Shown piece by piece: positions 1-9,682 of a stretch of 64,000 nt of DNA. A model generated the notes under the pieces. It was given only the letters and a program-made list of their open reading frames with translations, did not search any database and was not told the origin of the DNA. Both the position numbers and the translations under genes were made by a program. Position 1 is the stretch's first letter, and every line of letters begins with the position of its first letter. Origin of the DNA: Leptospiraceae bacterium (GTDB taxonomy: Bacteria; Spirochaetota; Leptospiria; Leptospirales; Leptospiraceae); the NCBI GenBank assembly GCA_016708435.1, contig JADJFV010000035.1, positions 1 through 64,000 of the forward strand, given 5' to 3'.

Positions 1-1295
1 CTAGCTGCGACTTTGACATTTGTAAATTGTCAGGAGAAAAGGTTGACGATAAACTCCTCTATTCGCGGCGCAGCACTTGCCTCTAGAGGAAGTGGAACAG
101 TGGCAACGGAAGTGACAGGAACAGCAGCAATCCCATACAATCGGTGGAACGATTACGGGACCCGCTGGCAACGGGCTTGGTATTGCAAAACAACGCAGGT
201 AACAATTTATCAGTAGCAAGTGGTGCGACTAGCTTCAAGACGAAGCTCAGCGATAGCAACAGGAACAGCCTATGCAGTAACCGTGAAAACACAACCAACT
301 GATTAACCTGCACGGTTTCAAGTGGAACAGGGACGGCAACCGCGAATGTGACAACTCCGGCATTACCTGCGTTGCAGTAACTCATACAATCGGTGGAACG
401 ATCACCGACCTTACAGCAACGGGCTTGGTATTGCAAAACAACGCAGGTAACGATTTAACAGTAGCAAGTGGTGCGACTAGCTTCACATTTGAGCACAAAG
501 GATAGCAACAGGAACAGCCTATGCTGTAACGCAGAAACCCAACCAACTGGTTTGACCTGCTCGGTGGCTGGGCAGCATTAGAACCGCAACCGTGAATGTG
601 ACAACTGTAACTTTAGCATGTAGCGTTCCAATAACTCGCAATTGGGGGTCTTTACTGACAATAATAATGGAACTATTCAAATTTGGCAGTCACTGCTGGA
701 ACTTGGGTGGACAAACAAACCTACACGGCACAGACTCTGACTTGATGAAATGTAGCCATGGACAAGCTTGGAAATCATCCACGAACACACGCTCAGGAAC
801 TGGCATTGCAACAGCTTACGGAGCAACTGGAGTTCAATACTGTAATATAGCTGACCAATCGTGCAATGATGCAGTAACTGGTCTCCTAAATGGGACTGGC
901 ACAAGTGGGGCGTATACAGCTTGTAATGGTTTAAACGCAGGTGCAGGGACTAATGGTAAGACCAACTGGCGTGTTCCTACTAAAAATGAATTAAAATTAC
1001 ACTGAATGCAACACTACAAACAAGAAATGCCAAATGATGATCTAACTTAGGAGGAGCTCCAAGTCCTTCCATTAATACTTTATTTCCCTGGGAATACAGT
1101 TGCCAATTTTTATTGGAGTTCTACCCAGAGATCTGCAGGCGATGCGTGGACAGTCGAATTCATCGCTGGTATCTCGTCTGAGAGCTGCAGAGTGGCACCC
1201 ATTCTGGTGCGCTGTGTCTCCGGACCGTAGTTTGACATTTGAGCGTTTTGAATGAGGATTATTTCGTATTTGCCCAAGGGCGTGGTTAATCCACG
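1..1295 (+). pseudogene. Decayed repeat-containing surface lipoprotein gene with C-terminal DUF1566 (Lcl C-terminal) domain; 5' end lies outside the window
   Basis: Translating across frames gives repeated TIGGTITDLTATGLVLQNNAGNDLTVASGATSFTF units. The C-terminal part (592..1005 ORF and ~1100-1290) gives WRVPTKNELKL and YWSSTQRSAGDAWTVEF...VRCVSG, which are typical DUF1566 motifs. Several stops and frameshifts mean no single ORF covers it. Confidence 0.5.
120..615. repeat. Two tandem direct repeat units (~248 bp period) inside the decayed surface-protein gene
   Basis: atacaatcggtggaacgat...ggcttggtattgcaaaacaacgcaggtaac...agtagcaagtggtgcgactagcttca recurs at ~136 and ~384 with high identity. 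The repeats are coding (protein repeats), not CRISPR-like. Confidence 0.7.
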
Positions 1296-1399
1296 TCCTG
1301 GGGCAACACACAGAATTTTCTTTTTCTAGATTTCCTTGACTCCCAAAACTCTAACCCAATAGTGTAACTATGAAACCGTTTCCTGATAGGAATTAAAAT

Positions 1400-2890
1400 C
1401 CTCTGAAAACTCATAGAGGGAAATTATCTATACATAGACAAAACACAAAAAGGTATATCAGATGATCAAAAACTTGCCTGAGCTTAGTATTCTATCTCGC
1501 CTGGCAGATTTGGAAAAGAATCTTACCTTACACTGAAGAAATTTCTCGAAACAAAAGAACTCTTCCAGGGACTTGGTTTTTCAATTCGAATACAAATGAA
1601 AGACATTCAGTCATACGACTCGATTTTAGTAAACAGAAAACAAATGAACTATGAGGTTTAAAAAAAGGATTTATTAATAATCAATTGATTATATTGCGGA
1701 AGCGCATTCTCATTCATTTAAGCAAGAAGGAATACTTTGAACAGATTTGGAAGAACTGATCATGAAACATAGGAGTGACAGAAAAAGTTGTTATCCTAAT
1801 TGACGAATACGACAAACCCGGTCAACGATCATCTAGAAGATATAGAGATTGCCTCAAACGCGCGAGGTGATGAAAGGGTTTTTACTGTTTAAAAGGGTAA
1901 GATGAGTATATCCGATTTCCCTTTGCCACGAGCGAGTAAGTTTTCGAAGGTGGGCGTGTTTAGCAATTTGAATCACCTCAATTGATAATAACTCGATGAT
2001 GCACTATTTCTGACCTAACGTGGGTAGTGCAAAGGTAAGAATCGATAATTATTTTTCAAATTATACTTGTTCTGAAATCAACGAAAGTAAAACTGGAGTT
2101 GAAACTCTAAATACAATTCGCGCTTGGTATAACGGTTATCGTCTCTCCGAAGGGATCTCAGTTTACAATCCCTTTTCCACTCTACTAGTGATTTAAAAGA
2201 AAAGTTTGAACACCATTGGTTTGAGACAGGCACACCTTGAGTTTCTTTTGTTAAATTAATTTTTAAAATAACTAGACATCATAGAAATTCCAATTAAAAA
2301 TAGATGCCTTAAACTTTTCAAGTGAAGTGGATGACCTAAGTCTAACGCCTCTTGTTCAAACAGGGGTATTTGAAAATCAAGGATTATAGTGCAGAGAAAA
2401 CTTTTTACATTAGATTTTCCGAATTATGAAGTGAAGAATGCTTTCTGACAGCTCTACTCGCAAGCTGGAAAGCAAGGATTTTTCTGATTCTATACTTTAT
2501 GAAATTTTAAATGCATTGGCAGTCGATGATCCAGAAGCCTCGCATTTCCTATTGTAGGAAAATATTTGTTTAAGATATGAATATGACTTCATGTAATCGC
2601 AAGAGAAATACTACCAAACTCTATTCTGTCTTACATTCACCTTGTTGGGATTTAAGATACGAACGGAAGTGAAAACAAATCTTGGTCGAGTAGATGCAGT
2701 AGTCGAAAGCAATTCCATTTATATTTTTGAATTCAAACTAAGCGGCACAAAGAAGAAGCCCTTGCCCAAATCAAAACAAGAAATATTACGAAAAATATTT
2801 AAACAAAGGTAAAGATATTTATCTTGTGGGAGTTGAGTTCAAAGATCGAAATATTGGGGAATATATTCTTGAGAAATTTGAGAGTGTGTA
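1400..2890 (+). pseudogene. Pseudogene copy of AAA-ATPase-like/PD-(D/E)XK (DUF1703, PDDEXK_9-type) gene
   Basis: Three-frame translation matches the intact 512-aa protein at 58348..59886 segment by segment. Examples are IIYT.TKHK vs NYYYVDKTKV, VILIDEYDKP, FSKVGVFSNLNHL vs FSKINLFSGLNNL, IRAWYNGYRLSEGISVYNPF vs LKLWYNGYNFLGDKVYNPF, and KKYYEKYLNKGKDIYLVGVEFKDRNIGEYILEKFESV vs KKYYEKFLAVDSKDIYLIGIEFSRDSRNIVNYEYEIL. The match is interrupted by multiple stops and frameshifts. Confidence 0.6.
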
Positions 2891-3293
2891 AAAGTTTCAC
2901 TGACTTTTCTCTGTCCCTGTTTGCAAAAGCTTGCGCAGTGTTTGCCGAGGCTTCTGTCTAAGTTTAAAAACGTGGCGTTAAAGTTTAGCTAAACAATCTT
3001 TAAAGTTTAACGGCGCGTCGGTAAACTTTGACGATAGATTTTGACTGTTTACCGTTGGATTTTCAAACAGTCAAAATCGATTTCCAAACAGTCACTTGCG
3101 AGATTTACTCTGCAAATCTAGTGTATGGTTGGCTATGGCTCATCGGATAACTGAAAATATCGTATCTTTTTCCATTCAATTTATTGTGAAGCTTGACAAA
3201 GTCAGACTAGAATTATCTATTGAATTAGATAAAGAAGGAAATCGTTAGATATTTAACTATCTAATAATAAGAAGCACTTAAAAGGAGTTTTTT

Positions 3294-3607
3294 ATGGCAT
3301 TGGCAGAAATTACAGATTCAACTTATAAGCAAGAAACCGGTTCCGGTTTTAGTATTGGTAGATTGTTGGGCAGAATGGTGTGGTCCTTGTAGAATGGTCG
3401 GACCTGTTCTAGAAGAATTATCTAAAGAATACGGAGCTAAAGTTTCCATCAAAAAATTAAACGTAGATGATAACCAAAAGACAGCGCAAGACCTAGGAAT
3501 TCAGTCTATTCCAACTTTTGTTATACAAAGACGGAGCATTGGTTGATAAAGCAATCGGAGCATTGCCAAAGAACCAAATCAAAAACTTTATCGAAAGGCA
3601 TCAGTAG
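3294..3607 (+). CDS. trxA: Thioredoxin; reading frame broken twice
   Basis: Motif reads MALAEITDSTYKQETGSG-(shift)-LVLVDCWAEWCGPCRMVGPVLEELSKEYGAKVSIKKLNVDDNQKTAQDLGIQSIPTF-(shift)-LYKDGALVDKAIGALPKNQIKNFIERHQ*. The WCGPC active site is present, with AAGGAG RBS 7 nt upstream. The first shift is in a T-run (ggtttt). Confidence 0.75.
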
Positions 3608-3610
3608 AAA

Positions 3611-4742
3611 GTGAAACGAAGTCTTCCTTTCACAGAAGAGCACACAACAGTTTCAGAGAAACTACTCGCAAATTCTTTGAGACTGAAGTGAAGCCATTCC
3701 ACGAAGAATGGGAAAAAGTAGGAATCGTTCCAAGGGAGATTTATGTAAGGCAGGCGAGGCAGGTTTACCCTGTCCTGATGTCGCGGAAGAATATGGCGGT
3801 AGTGGAGCAGACTTTTTATACAACCTCATTATCATTGAAGAGTCTTCTCGTGCAGGGAACAGCGGCTTCTTTGTTTCTCTTCACAATGATATTATCGCGC
3901 CGTATATCTCAGAATACGCGAACGAAGAGCAAAAGAAAAGATGGCTTCCCGGATGTGTGTCTGGCGAAAAGATTCTAGCGATTGCTATGACAGAGCCAGG
4001 AACAGGATCTGACTTAAAAGCAATTCGAACCACCGCAATTGAAAAAGACGATCACTTCCTTCTAAATGGCTCCAAGACTTTTATCAGCAACGGACAACTC
4101 GCAGATTACGTGATAGTAGCCGCAAAGACAAGCGATGACGCGATGAGTCTTTTAATGGTAGAGCGTGGTATGCCTGGATTTGAAAGAGGCAGACGACTCG
4201 AAAAGATAGGATTAAAAGCCCAAGATACATCTGAGTTGCACTTTGTAGATGTAAAAGTTCCCAAAGAAAATCTAATCGGGAAAAAAGGGCAGGGCTTTCG
4301 TTACCTAATGACTAAACTTGCTAAGGAAAGACTTGTGCTTGCAGTTGGCGCAACAGAGGCAACAGCAGCAGTGCATGAGATTACACTTCGTTATCTCAAA
4401 GAGCGCGAAGCATTTGGTAAAAAGATTGGTAGTTTCCAACACATTCGTTTTAAAATGGCAGAGATGAAAACAGAACTTGAAGTCTGTCGTTCTTTTTGTG
4501 ACCAAGCGGTTAATGCTATTATGGCGGGTGAGCTTACTACAAGCGAAGCTTCTATGGCTAAATGGTATTCTACTGAAATGCAAAAGCGACATACAGACGA
4601 TTGCCTCCAATTCTTCGGTGGCTACGGATATATGATGGAATATCCAATCGCCCGTGCTTACCTAGATGCAAGAGTCCAAACTATCTACGCCGGCACAACA
4701 GAAATCATGAAAGAAATTATCGCTCGTAGCATCGGGCTTTAG
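3611..4742 (+). CDS. Acyl-CoA dehydrogenase (~377 aa) with two frame breaks in the first ~50 codons
   Basis: N-terminus reads GTG..LPFTEEH | FRETTRKFFETEVKPFHEEWEKVGIVPREIYV | KAGEAGLPCPDVAEEYGG... across three frames. The remaining 344 aa (3708..4742) are intact with typical ACAD motifs (TEPGTGSD, YAGTTEI). The breaks sit at short A-runs. Confidence 0.75.
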
Positions 4743-4759
4743 TCCACCTAAATCCAAAC

Positions 4760-4940
4760 TCAGGGTCTACCTGTTAGAAGTAGGTAAAATTAAGTGTTGT
4801 AATAATATGAATTATAAATCCTAATCTTGTCCATCTTGTTAATCATGTCTAGAAGAGTTTTTAGACAGGATTAACAAGATTCACAGGATTTTGTAATTTG
4901 TTGGTAAAACTTTACCTACTCAACAAAGGTAGACCCCCAA
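4760..4940. repeat. ~180-bp nested inverted-repeat element (MITE-like or structured RNA) in the ACAD/DAHPS intergenic region
   Basis: gggtctacctgttagaagtaggtaaaat at the left pairs with ttttacctactcaacaaaggtagaccc at the right. Inner arms aatcctaatcttgtccatcttgttaatc / gattaacaagattcacaggatt also pair. Confidence 0.5.
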
Positions 4941-5020
4941 ACTCATCTTCTGAAAGGTGAGTTACTAGTATTTCTTGACTTTTACTCGTTCGATAGGACT
5001 TTGTATTTCGAGGGTAAAAA

Positions 5021-6160
5021 ATGGATATTGTAGAATTAGAAAAGGGATTTTCCGAGACAGAAGAAAAGATAAAGAAATTAGCCGCAGAGTGTGGCAATGA
5101 TGTAGAAATTATTCGTGGTGGTGGAGTAAGCGATACCATTCATTTCATTGGAGACACAAGAAAAATCTCTGAAAAATCAGGTTACGTAAAGGAACTAGCA
5201 GGTGTTAGCCGCATCTGGAATGTATCGGCACCTTATAAAAATATTGCTAGAGTAGCCGCTGGAAAAGCAGGCGAAGTCGTTCATAGACCAGATAGAATTG
5301 TAGAAGTAAAAGGTCCTGATGGTTTCGTTCGTAAAATTGGAAACGGCAAACATGTATTTATCGTAGGACCTGATTCTCCTCAAACGCTGGAACAAACTCT
5401 TACTATTGCAAAACAAGCCAAAGCTCTCGGTGAAAAATATGGAATCTTAGATAGAATGATTATTCGTGGTGGCGCCTTCAAACCAAGAACAAGACCAACT
5501 GATTGGCGTGGACTTGGATGGGAAGGAATCAAAATGCTTGACCGAGTCAGAGAAGAGACCGGCTTACCATACGTAACCGAAGTTATGGATCATACCATGG
5601 CAGAAGAAGTTGCAAAACATGCAGACATGATTCAAATCGGAACTCGAAACGCTCAAGACTTTGAATTACTCGAAGCTGTGGGTAAGACGATGAAACCTGT
5701 AATTCTAAAACGTGGTTTTGGTAACGAAGCAGAAGAATGGTTCTCAGCAGCAGAATACATTGCCAATCAGGGGAATCTCAATATTATCCTCTGCGAGCGC
5801 GGTGTTAAGACGCTATTCATCAAAGAAGGTTACTGCCGTAATACTCCTGACTTTAACGTTATCACACACGCTAAGAAAAAAACAATACTGCCTACTATTT
5901 TTGATCCATCTCATGTTGCGGGGGATGATAAGATTGTAATGCAAAATCTACTTGGTTGTCTTCCATTCAAAGCAGACGGCTCTATCACTGAAACTTTACA
6001 CGAAGAATCTTTCCGTAAAGAACAAATGTGTGATGCAGCGCAAGCTCTTGTAATGAGCGTATACGAAAAAGCAATTCAAGCAATCTTAGCTTACGAACAA
6101 AACATCAATCCGTTCATAGCTGAAATGGATGCATATTTTAGTAAAAGGTCTAAAGCTTGA
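5021..6160 (+). CDS. 3-deoxy-7-phosphoheptulonate (DAHP) synthase, type I-beta, with N-terminal ferredoxin-like regulatory domain
   Basis: RGGAFKPRTRP..GLGWEG, IQIGTRNAQDF, KPVILKRGF, EYIANQGNLNIILCERG and DPSH are collinear with Thermotoga-type DAHPS. The Cys of the GPCS metal site is replaced by Asp (GPDS). Confidence 0.8.
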   Translation: MDIVELEKGFSETEEKIKKLAAECGNDVEIIRGGGVSDTIHFIGDTRKISEKSGYVKELAGVSRIWNVSAPYKNIARVAAGKAGEVVHRPDRIVEVKGPDGFVRKIGNGKHVFIVGPDSPQTLEQTLTIAKQAKALGEKYGILDRMIIRGGAFKPRTRPTDWRGLGWEGIKMLDRVREETGLPYVTEVMDHTMAEEVAKHADMIQIGTRNAQDFELLEAVGKTMKPVILKRGFGNEAEEWFSAAEYIANQGNLNIILCERGVKTLFIKEGYCRNTPDFNVITHAKKKTILPTIFDPSHVAGDDKIVMQNLLGCLPFKADGSITETLHEESFRKEQMCDAAQALVMSVYEKAIQAILAYEQNINPFIAEMDAYFSKRSKA

Positions 6161-6768
6161 GATATCTCATTCTATTCCCGGTCGCTTCTTTTATCCTAAT
6201 AGGGACAATAGGAATTAGCCTCTGGGCTCTCTACAAGGATGAATCTTTAATTGAAAGATTCATCCTTCATCCGTATGGGATGATTCGCAAAAAAGAATAC
6301 TATCGTATTTTCTCTCATGCGTTCATCCATGCGGATATGTGGCATTTGCTTTTTAATATGTTTTCTTTTTATTCGTTTGCCTTTGTCTTAGAAAGCTATC
6401 TTGGTTCTTCCAAATTCTTTCTAGTCTATTTTGGCTCTATAGTGGCGAGCGTGTATACCTGTATTCTTAAAAATAAAACGAATCCTGTGTATCGCAGTCT
6501 CGGTGCGTCAGGCGGCGTATCGGGTGTAATTTTTAGTTTTATTCTATTTCAACCAATGGCTAAGATCGGTATCATGTTTATTCCAATTGGAGTTCCTGCC
6601 TTTGTGTTTGGATTTCTATATCTCGCATACTCTTATTATTCCGCAGAAAATCAATACGACAACATCAACCACGAAGCTCATTTTTATGGAGCAGTAGCCG
6701 GTATGGTGATTACAGCTATCTTAATGCCAGATGTTATAAGTCATTTTATTCAATCGATTAGTTTATAA
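6157..6768 (+). CDS. Rhomboid-family intramembrane serine protease
   Basis: Multi-TM protein with GASGGVSGV (GxSG catalytic Ser) and downstream HEAHFYGAVAG (catalytic His). TTG start overlaps the DAHPS stop. Confidence 0.7.
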   Translation: MRYLILFPVASFILIGTIGISLWALYKDESLIERFILHPYGMIRKKEYYRIFSHAFIHADMWHLLFNMFSFYSFAFVLESYLGSSKFFLVYFGSIVASVYTCILKNKTNPVYRSLGASGGVSGVIFSFILFQPMAKIGIMFIPIGVPAFVFGFLYLAYSYYSAENQYDNINHEAHFYGAVAGMVITAILMPDVISHFIQSISL

Positions 6769-6814
6769 AGAGTAAAGAATACGGTCGGTGTAAGGTTTGT
6801 TTATTGCACAAAAA

Positions 6815-6890
6815 ATGGAGACGCCGGGGGTTGCACCCTGGTCTATTGCACAGAAGTAAAACTGCTACGTGTTTAACTTGAAAGTAGAAA
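6815..6890 (-). repeat. Degenerate tandem duplicate of the 3'-terminal ~75 nt of ssrA
   Basis: atggagacgccgggggttgcaccctggtctattgcacagaagtaaaactgctacgtgtttaacttg aligns base-for-base with atggagacgccgggggtcgaacccgggtcctattgcacataagtaaagcctctacatgtttagtttg (the true 3' end), and directly abuts it. Confidence 0.6.
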
Positions 6891-6891
6891 A

Positions 6892-7238
6892 TGGAGACGC
6901 CGGGGGTCGAACCCGGGTCCTATTGCACATAAGTAAAGCCTCTACATGTTTAGTTTGTAAATAAATCTCGAAGTGCCTTGACCTACAAACAGGTGATTCA
7001 CTCCTATCCAACTTTGGTTCTGCACAAATCCAAGTCGGAGAACGACTTGTGCAACTTTCCGTTTAGAGTCGATACGCTGCCCACCGGAAAGTTAGAGCAG
7101 TTTCTCGTAGCGGCTTAGATTAAGCTGCTAAAGCTAATTCGTTGTTAGCGTTTGTTTTTTGAGAGTTTTTAAAGGCGGCCTCTCACCTCTACATGCCACA
7201 GTACCCAGGTCTACAACAGTCGAAACCAAATCGTCCCC
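6892..7238 (-). ncRNA. ssrA: tmRNA (transfer-messenger RNA)
   Basis: Minus-strand transcript starts GGGGACGAUUUGGUUUCGAC.... It ends with a T-arm CCGGGUUCGACCCCCGG and acceptor strand CGUCUCC + A (CCA not encoded) that pairs with the 5' GGGGACG. This gives the G3:U wobble that is the alanine identity element. The internal tag ORF GCT AAC AAC GAA TTA GCT TTA GCA GCT TAA encodes ANNELALAA*. Confidence 0.9.
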
Positions 7239-7341
7239 ATTTACTTGTGAAGTTTAGACTGTAAATTATCTTCCTTTGTGCGGTAAAGAAATATTTTTTT
7301 AGTAATTTGAGTTACTTTGAAGAAATTTTATTGTGTCGGTC

Positions 7342-7755
7342 TTATTTGCGCAAGTAAACAACCAAGCCTAAGACTCCTGCGGCACCGGTGCAAAAAGCAG
7401 GCAGAGGGAAAAAGTAAAGTCCGCTCACAATAGCAACTGCAATTAATCCAAGACTATGTAGAAGTAACATTCTACGATTGCTTGTATCTGTATTCTCAGA
7501 AGAGGAAAAGGAAATAAAACTGAGTCCTGTAACAAAAAGATAAACAATCACACAAATATTATTCCCAAGAAAAATATCGAAATAACTTTTACCTTTACCA
7601 ATAGGCATGGAGACTAACGTTTCCTTCATAATGTTCGTAGTATTCATCACTTCAACTTCTTCTTTTGGAATCGGCATAAACGTTCCAAACGTATGTCCAA
7701 TGCAGGTAAATAGAACCAAGCCCGCCGCAATTCGTAAGAGTAATTTTTTGTTCAT
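7342..7755 (-). CDS. Hypothetical small integral membrane protein
   Basis: 137-aa ORF with 3-4 hydrophobic helices. No recognisable motifs. Confidence 0.45.
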   Translation of the reverse strand: MNKKLLLRIAAGLVLFTCIGHTFGTFMPIPKEEVEVMNTTNIMKETLVSMPIGKGKSYFDIFLGNNICVIVYLFVTGLSFISFSSSENTDTSNRRMLLLHSLGLIAVAIVSGLYFFPLPAFCTGAAGVLGLVVYLRK

Positions 7756-7933
7756 GGGATCAAAGTCTCGTTTTATTTAATAATGTCAAACAACATTATT
7801 AAAAAAGAAGTGTTTGATTTTTACGAGAGGAAGAAGATAGAATGAAAAAAATTTTAAAAGGAGTAGAGACACGCTTACGCTGTTTGAAACTTGTCTCTAC
7901 GTTTAACAAAAAACACAATTTCGCGATATCACT

Positions 7934-7963
7934 TGTAGGTTATGCATATATGCATAACCTACA
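7934..7963. promoter_or_regulatory. 30-bp perfect palindrome tgtaggttatgcatatatgcataacctaca (terminator or operator)
   Basis: Exact reverse-complement symmetry. It lies 16 nt downstream of the stop of the 7979..9682 minus-strand gene. Confidence 0.4.
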
Positions 7964-7978
7964 GTGGATAATAATCAA

Positions 7979-9682
7979 TTATCGATTCATCTCATAAGTA
8001 TCCACAAGAGCCATGATATGGTCTTTGTAGATATGATCGAATCTTTCTTGATTTAAAACAGGTTTACGCAAAATCTTCATAGCATAGTCTTGTTGTTCTT
8101 TTGTGCTAGTAGGTTTTGAATACAACTGTGTCGCATAACGGGAGAAATCACGAACCATGAAGTCAAAGATTTGATCGATTAAAGCTTCTTCTTCGTTAGT
8201 GAGTTTTGCTTGCTCGAGCACCAACTGACCGTAAGCCACAAGAGTAAACATTTCTCCAAGAGTGAGCATAAAGTCGATGTCTACTTTTTGCGCTTTGTCT
8301 GGAGCTGCTTTGTCGAGTAGTTCTTTGAAGACTGCGATTTGTTCTTTGAAGATAGTGAGGTTCGGGAGATTATAGCTGTTATACGCAATGTTATAATCAT
8401 GGAAAACAACCTTATCGAAACCTTTTGTAGTAGCACCTTGATTGAAAAGGAAGGTATCATCTGTTAAAGTATGAACTCTTGGAATGACAGGAAGAGACGC
8501 ATCTGGCTTGAAGAAATAATTTTGCATAAAGCGCATAATCAGGATCATGTTCACATGCACAGTTCCTTCAAGTCTTGGAAGCATTTGGATATCACGAATT
8601 GCCAATTCAAAATAAGCATCTTTGTTTAAACCCTTAGCAGCAATGATATTCCAAAGAGCAGTTACTACTTCTTCACCTTGCATGGTGACTTTCATTTTTT
8701 CCATTGGGTTAAATAGGAGATAACGTCTGTCAGTCGCAGAAGCTGTTCTCATATAATCAGTTGCACGGAAAGAAAACATTCTCATAGCAGCAAGACGAGT
8801 ATAGCTTTCCATGAAAAGTTGTTTGATATGAGCAAAGTCAGTTACGTATTGATTGAATAGTCTTCTATGTGCGGCGTGGTTGATAGACTCATAAAATGCG
8901 TGAGTCGCAATACCAACAGATCCCCAACCTAAATTGAATTTACAAAATGCGATAGTTGCAAGAGATGCATCCCAGGCTTCACGACCAATAGATATAATAT
9001 CATCTTTCGTAATTGGATAATCGTGTAACTCATACTCGGCTACATAGTTTTGGGAGGTAACGATGTTTGGTTTCAATTCATATTTTGGATGTTGTGAATT
9101 TACACCGAAGAACACAAATTCGCCGCTATCTTTTACTTTACCAAAAGTAGAAACGATAGCCGCTTTGTTTCCGTTACCGATGTAGAATTTGTCTCCACTT
9201 GCTTTATATGTTCCATCACCGTTGGGGATAAGCATCATATCACTACCGATTAAATCAGCACCGTGCTCTTTTTCAGATAAACCAAAAGCAAAGATTTCGC
9301 CTTCTTCTAAAAGTTTTGCGGCTTTGTTTTTAATGCCTTCATTTTTAGAAAGCCAAATCGGACCAAGACCAAGCATAGAAACTTGCCATGTATACCAATA
9401 ACACAAACCGTAAAAACCTAGAATTTCATTGAACGCCATAATACGATTGGAGTCCCAACGAGAATCATTCGCACCATATCCTTTCGGAGTCATGAGAATG
9501 GAAAATGCTTTTTCTTTTTTCACAAACTCTAAAAAGTCTGCATACCAAACTTTTTTGTGGTCATCATCTAGAACTTTGAGTTTGCCTTTAGTCTCAAAAA
9601 ACTCAATTGTCTTTAACATTAGGTTTCTAGACTTTTCGTCTAGATGCTCATACTTTTCTTTCTTAGGGTTTAAGAGTTTCAT
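7979..9682 (-). CDS. Large acyl-CoA dehydrogenase family protein (567 aa)
   Basis: Central and C-terminal ACAD-like regions (GYGANDSRWD, FGLSEKEHGAD, GNGNKA, WGSVGIATHAFYESINHAAHRR) plus an extended C-terminal helical domain, as in long-form ACADs. Confidence 0.65.
   Translation of the reverse strand: MKLLNPKKEKYEHLDEKSRNLMLKTIEFFETKGKLKVLDDDHKKVWYADFLEFVKKEKAFSILMTPKGYGANDSRWDSNRIMAFNEILGFYGLCYWYTWQVSMLGLGPIWLSKNEGIKNKAAKLLEEGEIFAFGLSEKEHGADLIGSDMMLIPNGDGTYKASGDKFYIGNGNKAAIVSTFGKVKDSGEFVFFGVNSQHPKYELKPNIVTSQNYVAEYELHDYPITKDDIISIGREAWDASLATIAFCKFNLGWGSVGIATHAFYESINHAAHRRLFNQYVTDFAHIKQLFMESYTRLAAMRMFSFRATDYMRTASATDRRYLLFNPMEKMKVTMQGEEVVTALWNIIAAKGLNKDAYFELAIRDIQMLPRLEGTVHVNMILIMRFMQNYFFKPDASLPVIPRVHTLTDDTFLFNQGATTKGFDKVVFHDYNIAYNSYNLPNLTIFKEQIAVFKELLDKAAPDKAQKVDIDFMLTLGEMFTLVAYGQLVLEQAKLTNEEEALIDQIFDFMVRDFSRYATQLYSKPTSTKEQQDYAMKILRKPVLNQERFDHIYKDHIMALVDTYEMNR

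Noticed and set aside
1-436. Minus-strand ORFs 1..219 and 83..436, and the idea of a CRISPR array in the tandem repeats
   Set aside because: The repeats have a ~248-bp period and are translatable protein repeats of a decayed surface-protein gene. There are no short spacer/repeat units and no cas genes.
3355-3978. Separate small ORFs 3355..3546 and 3688..3978 as independent genes
   Set aside because: They are fragments of trxA and the acyl-CoA dehydrogenase respectively, produced by frame breaks. The continuity of conserved motifs across frames shows single genes.
6816-6850. Possible tRNA gene upstream of ssrA
   Set aside because: The tRNA-like T-arm/acceptor fragment is a diverged duplicate of the tmRNA 3' end. 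It lacks D- and anticodon arms.
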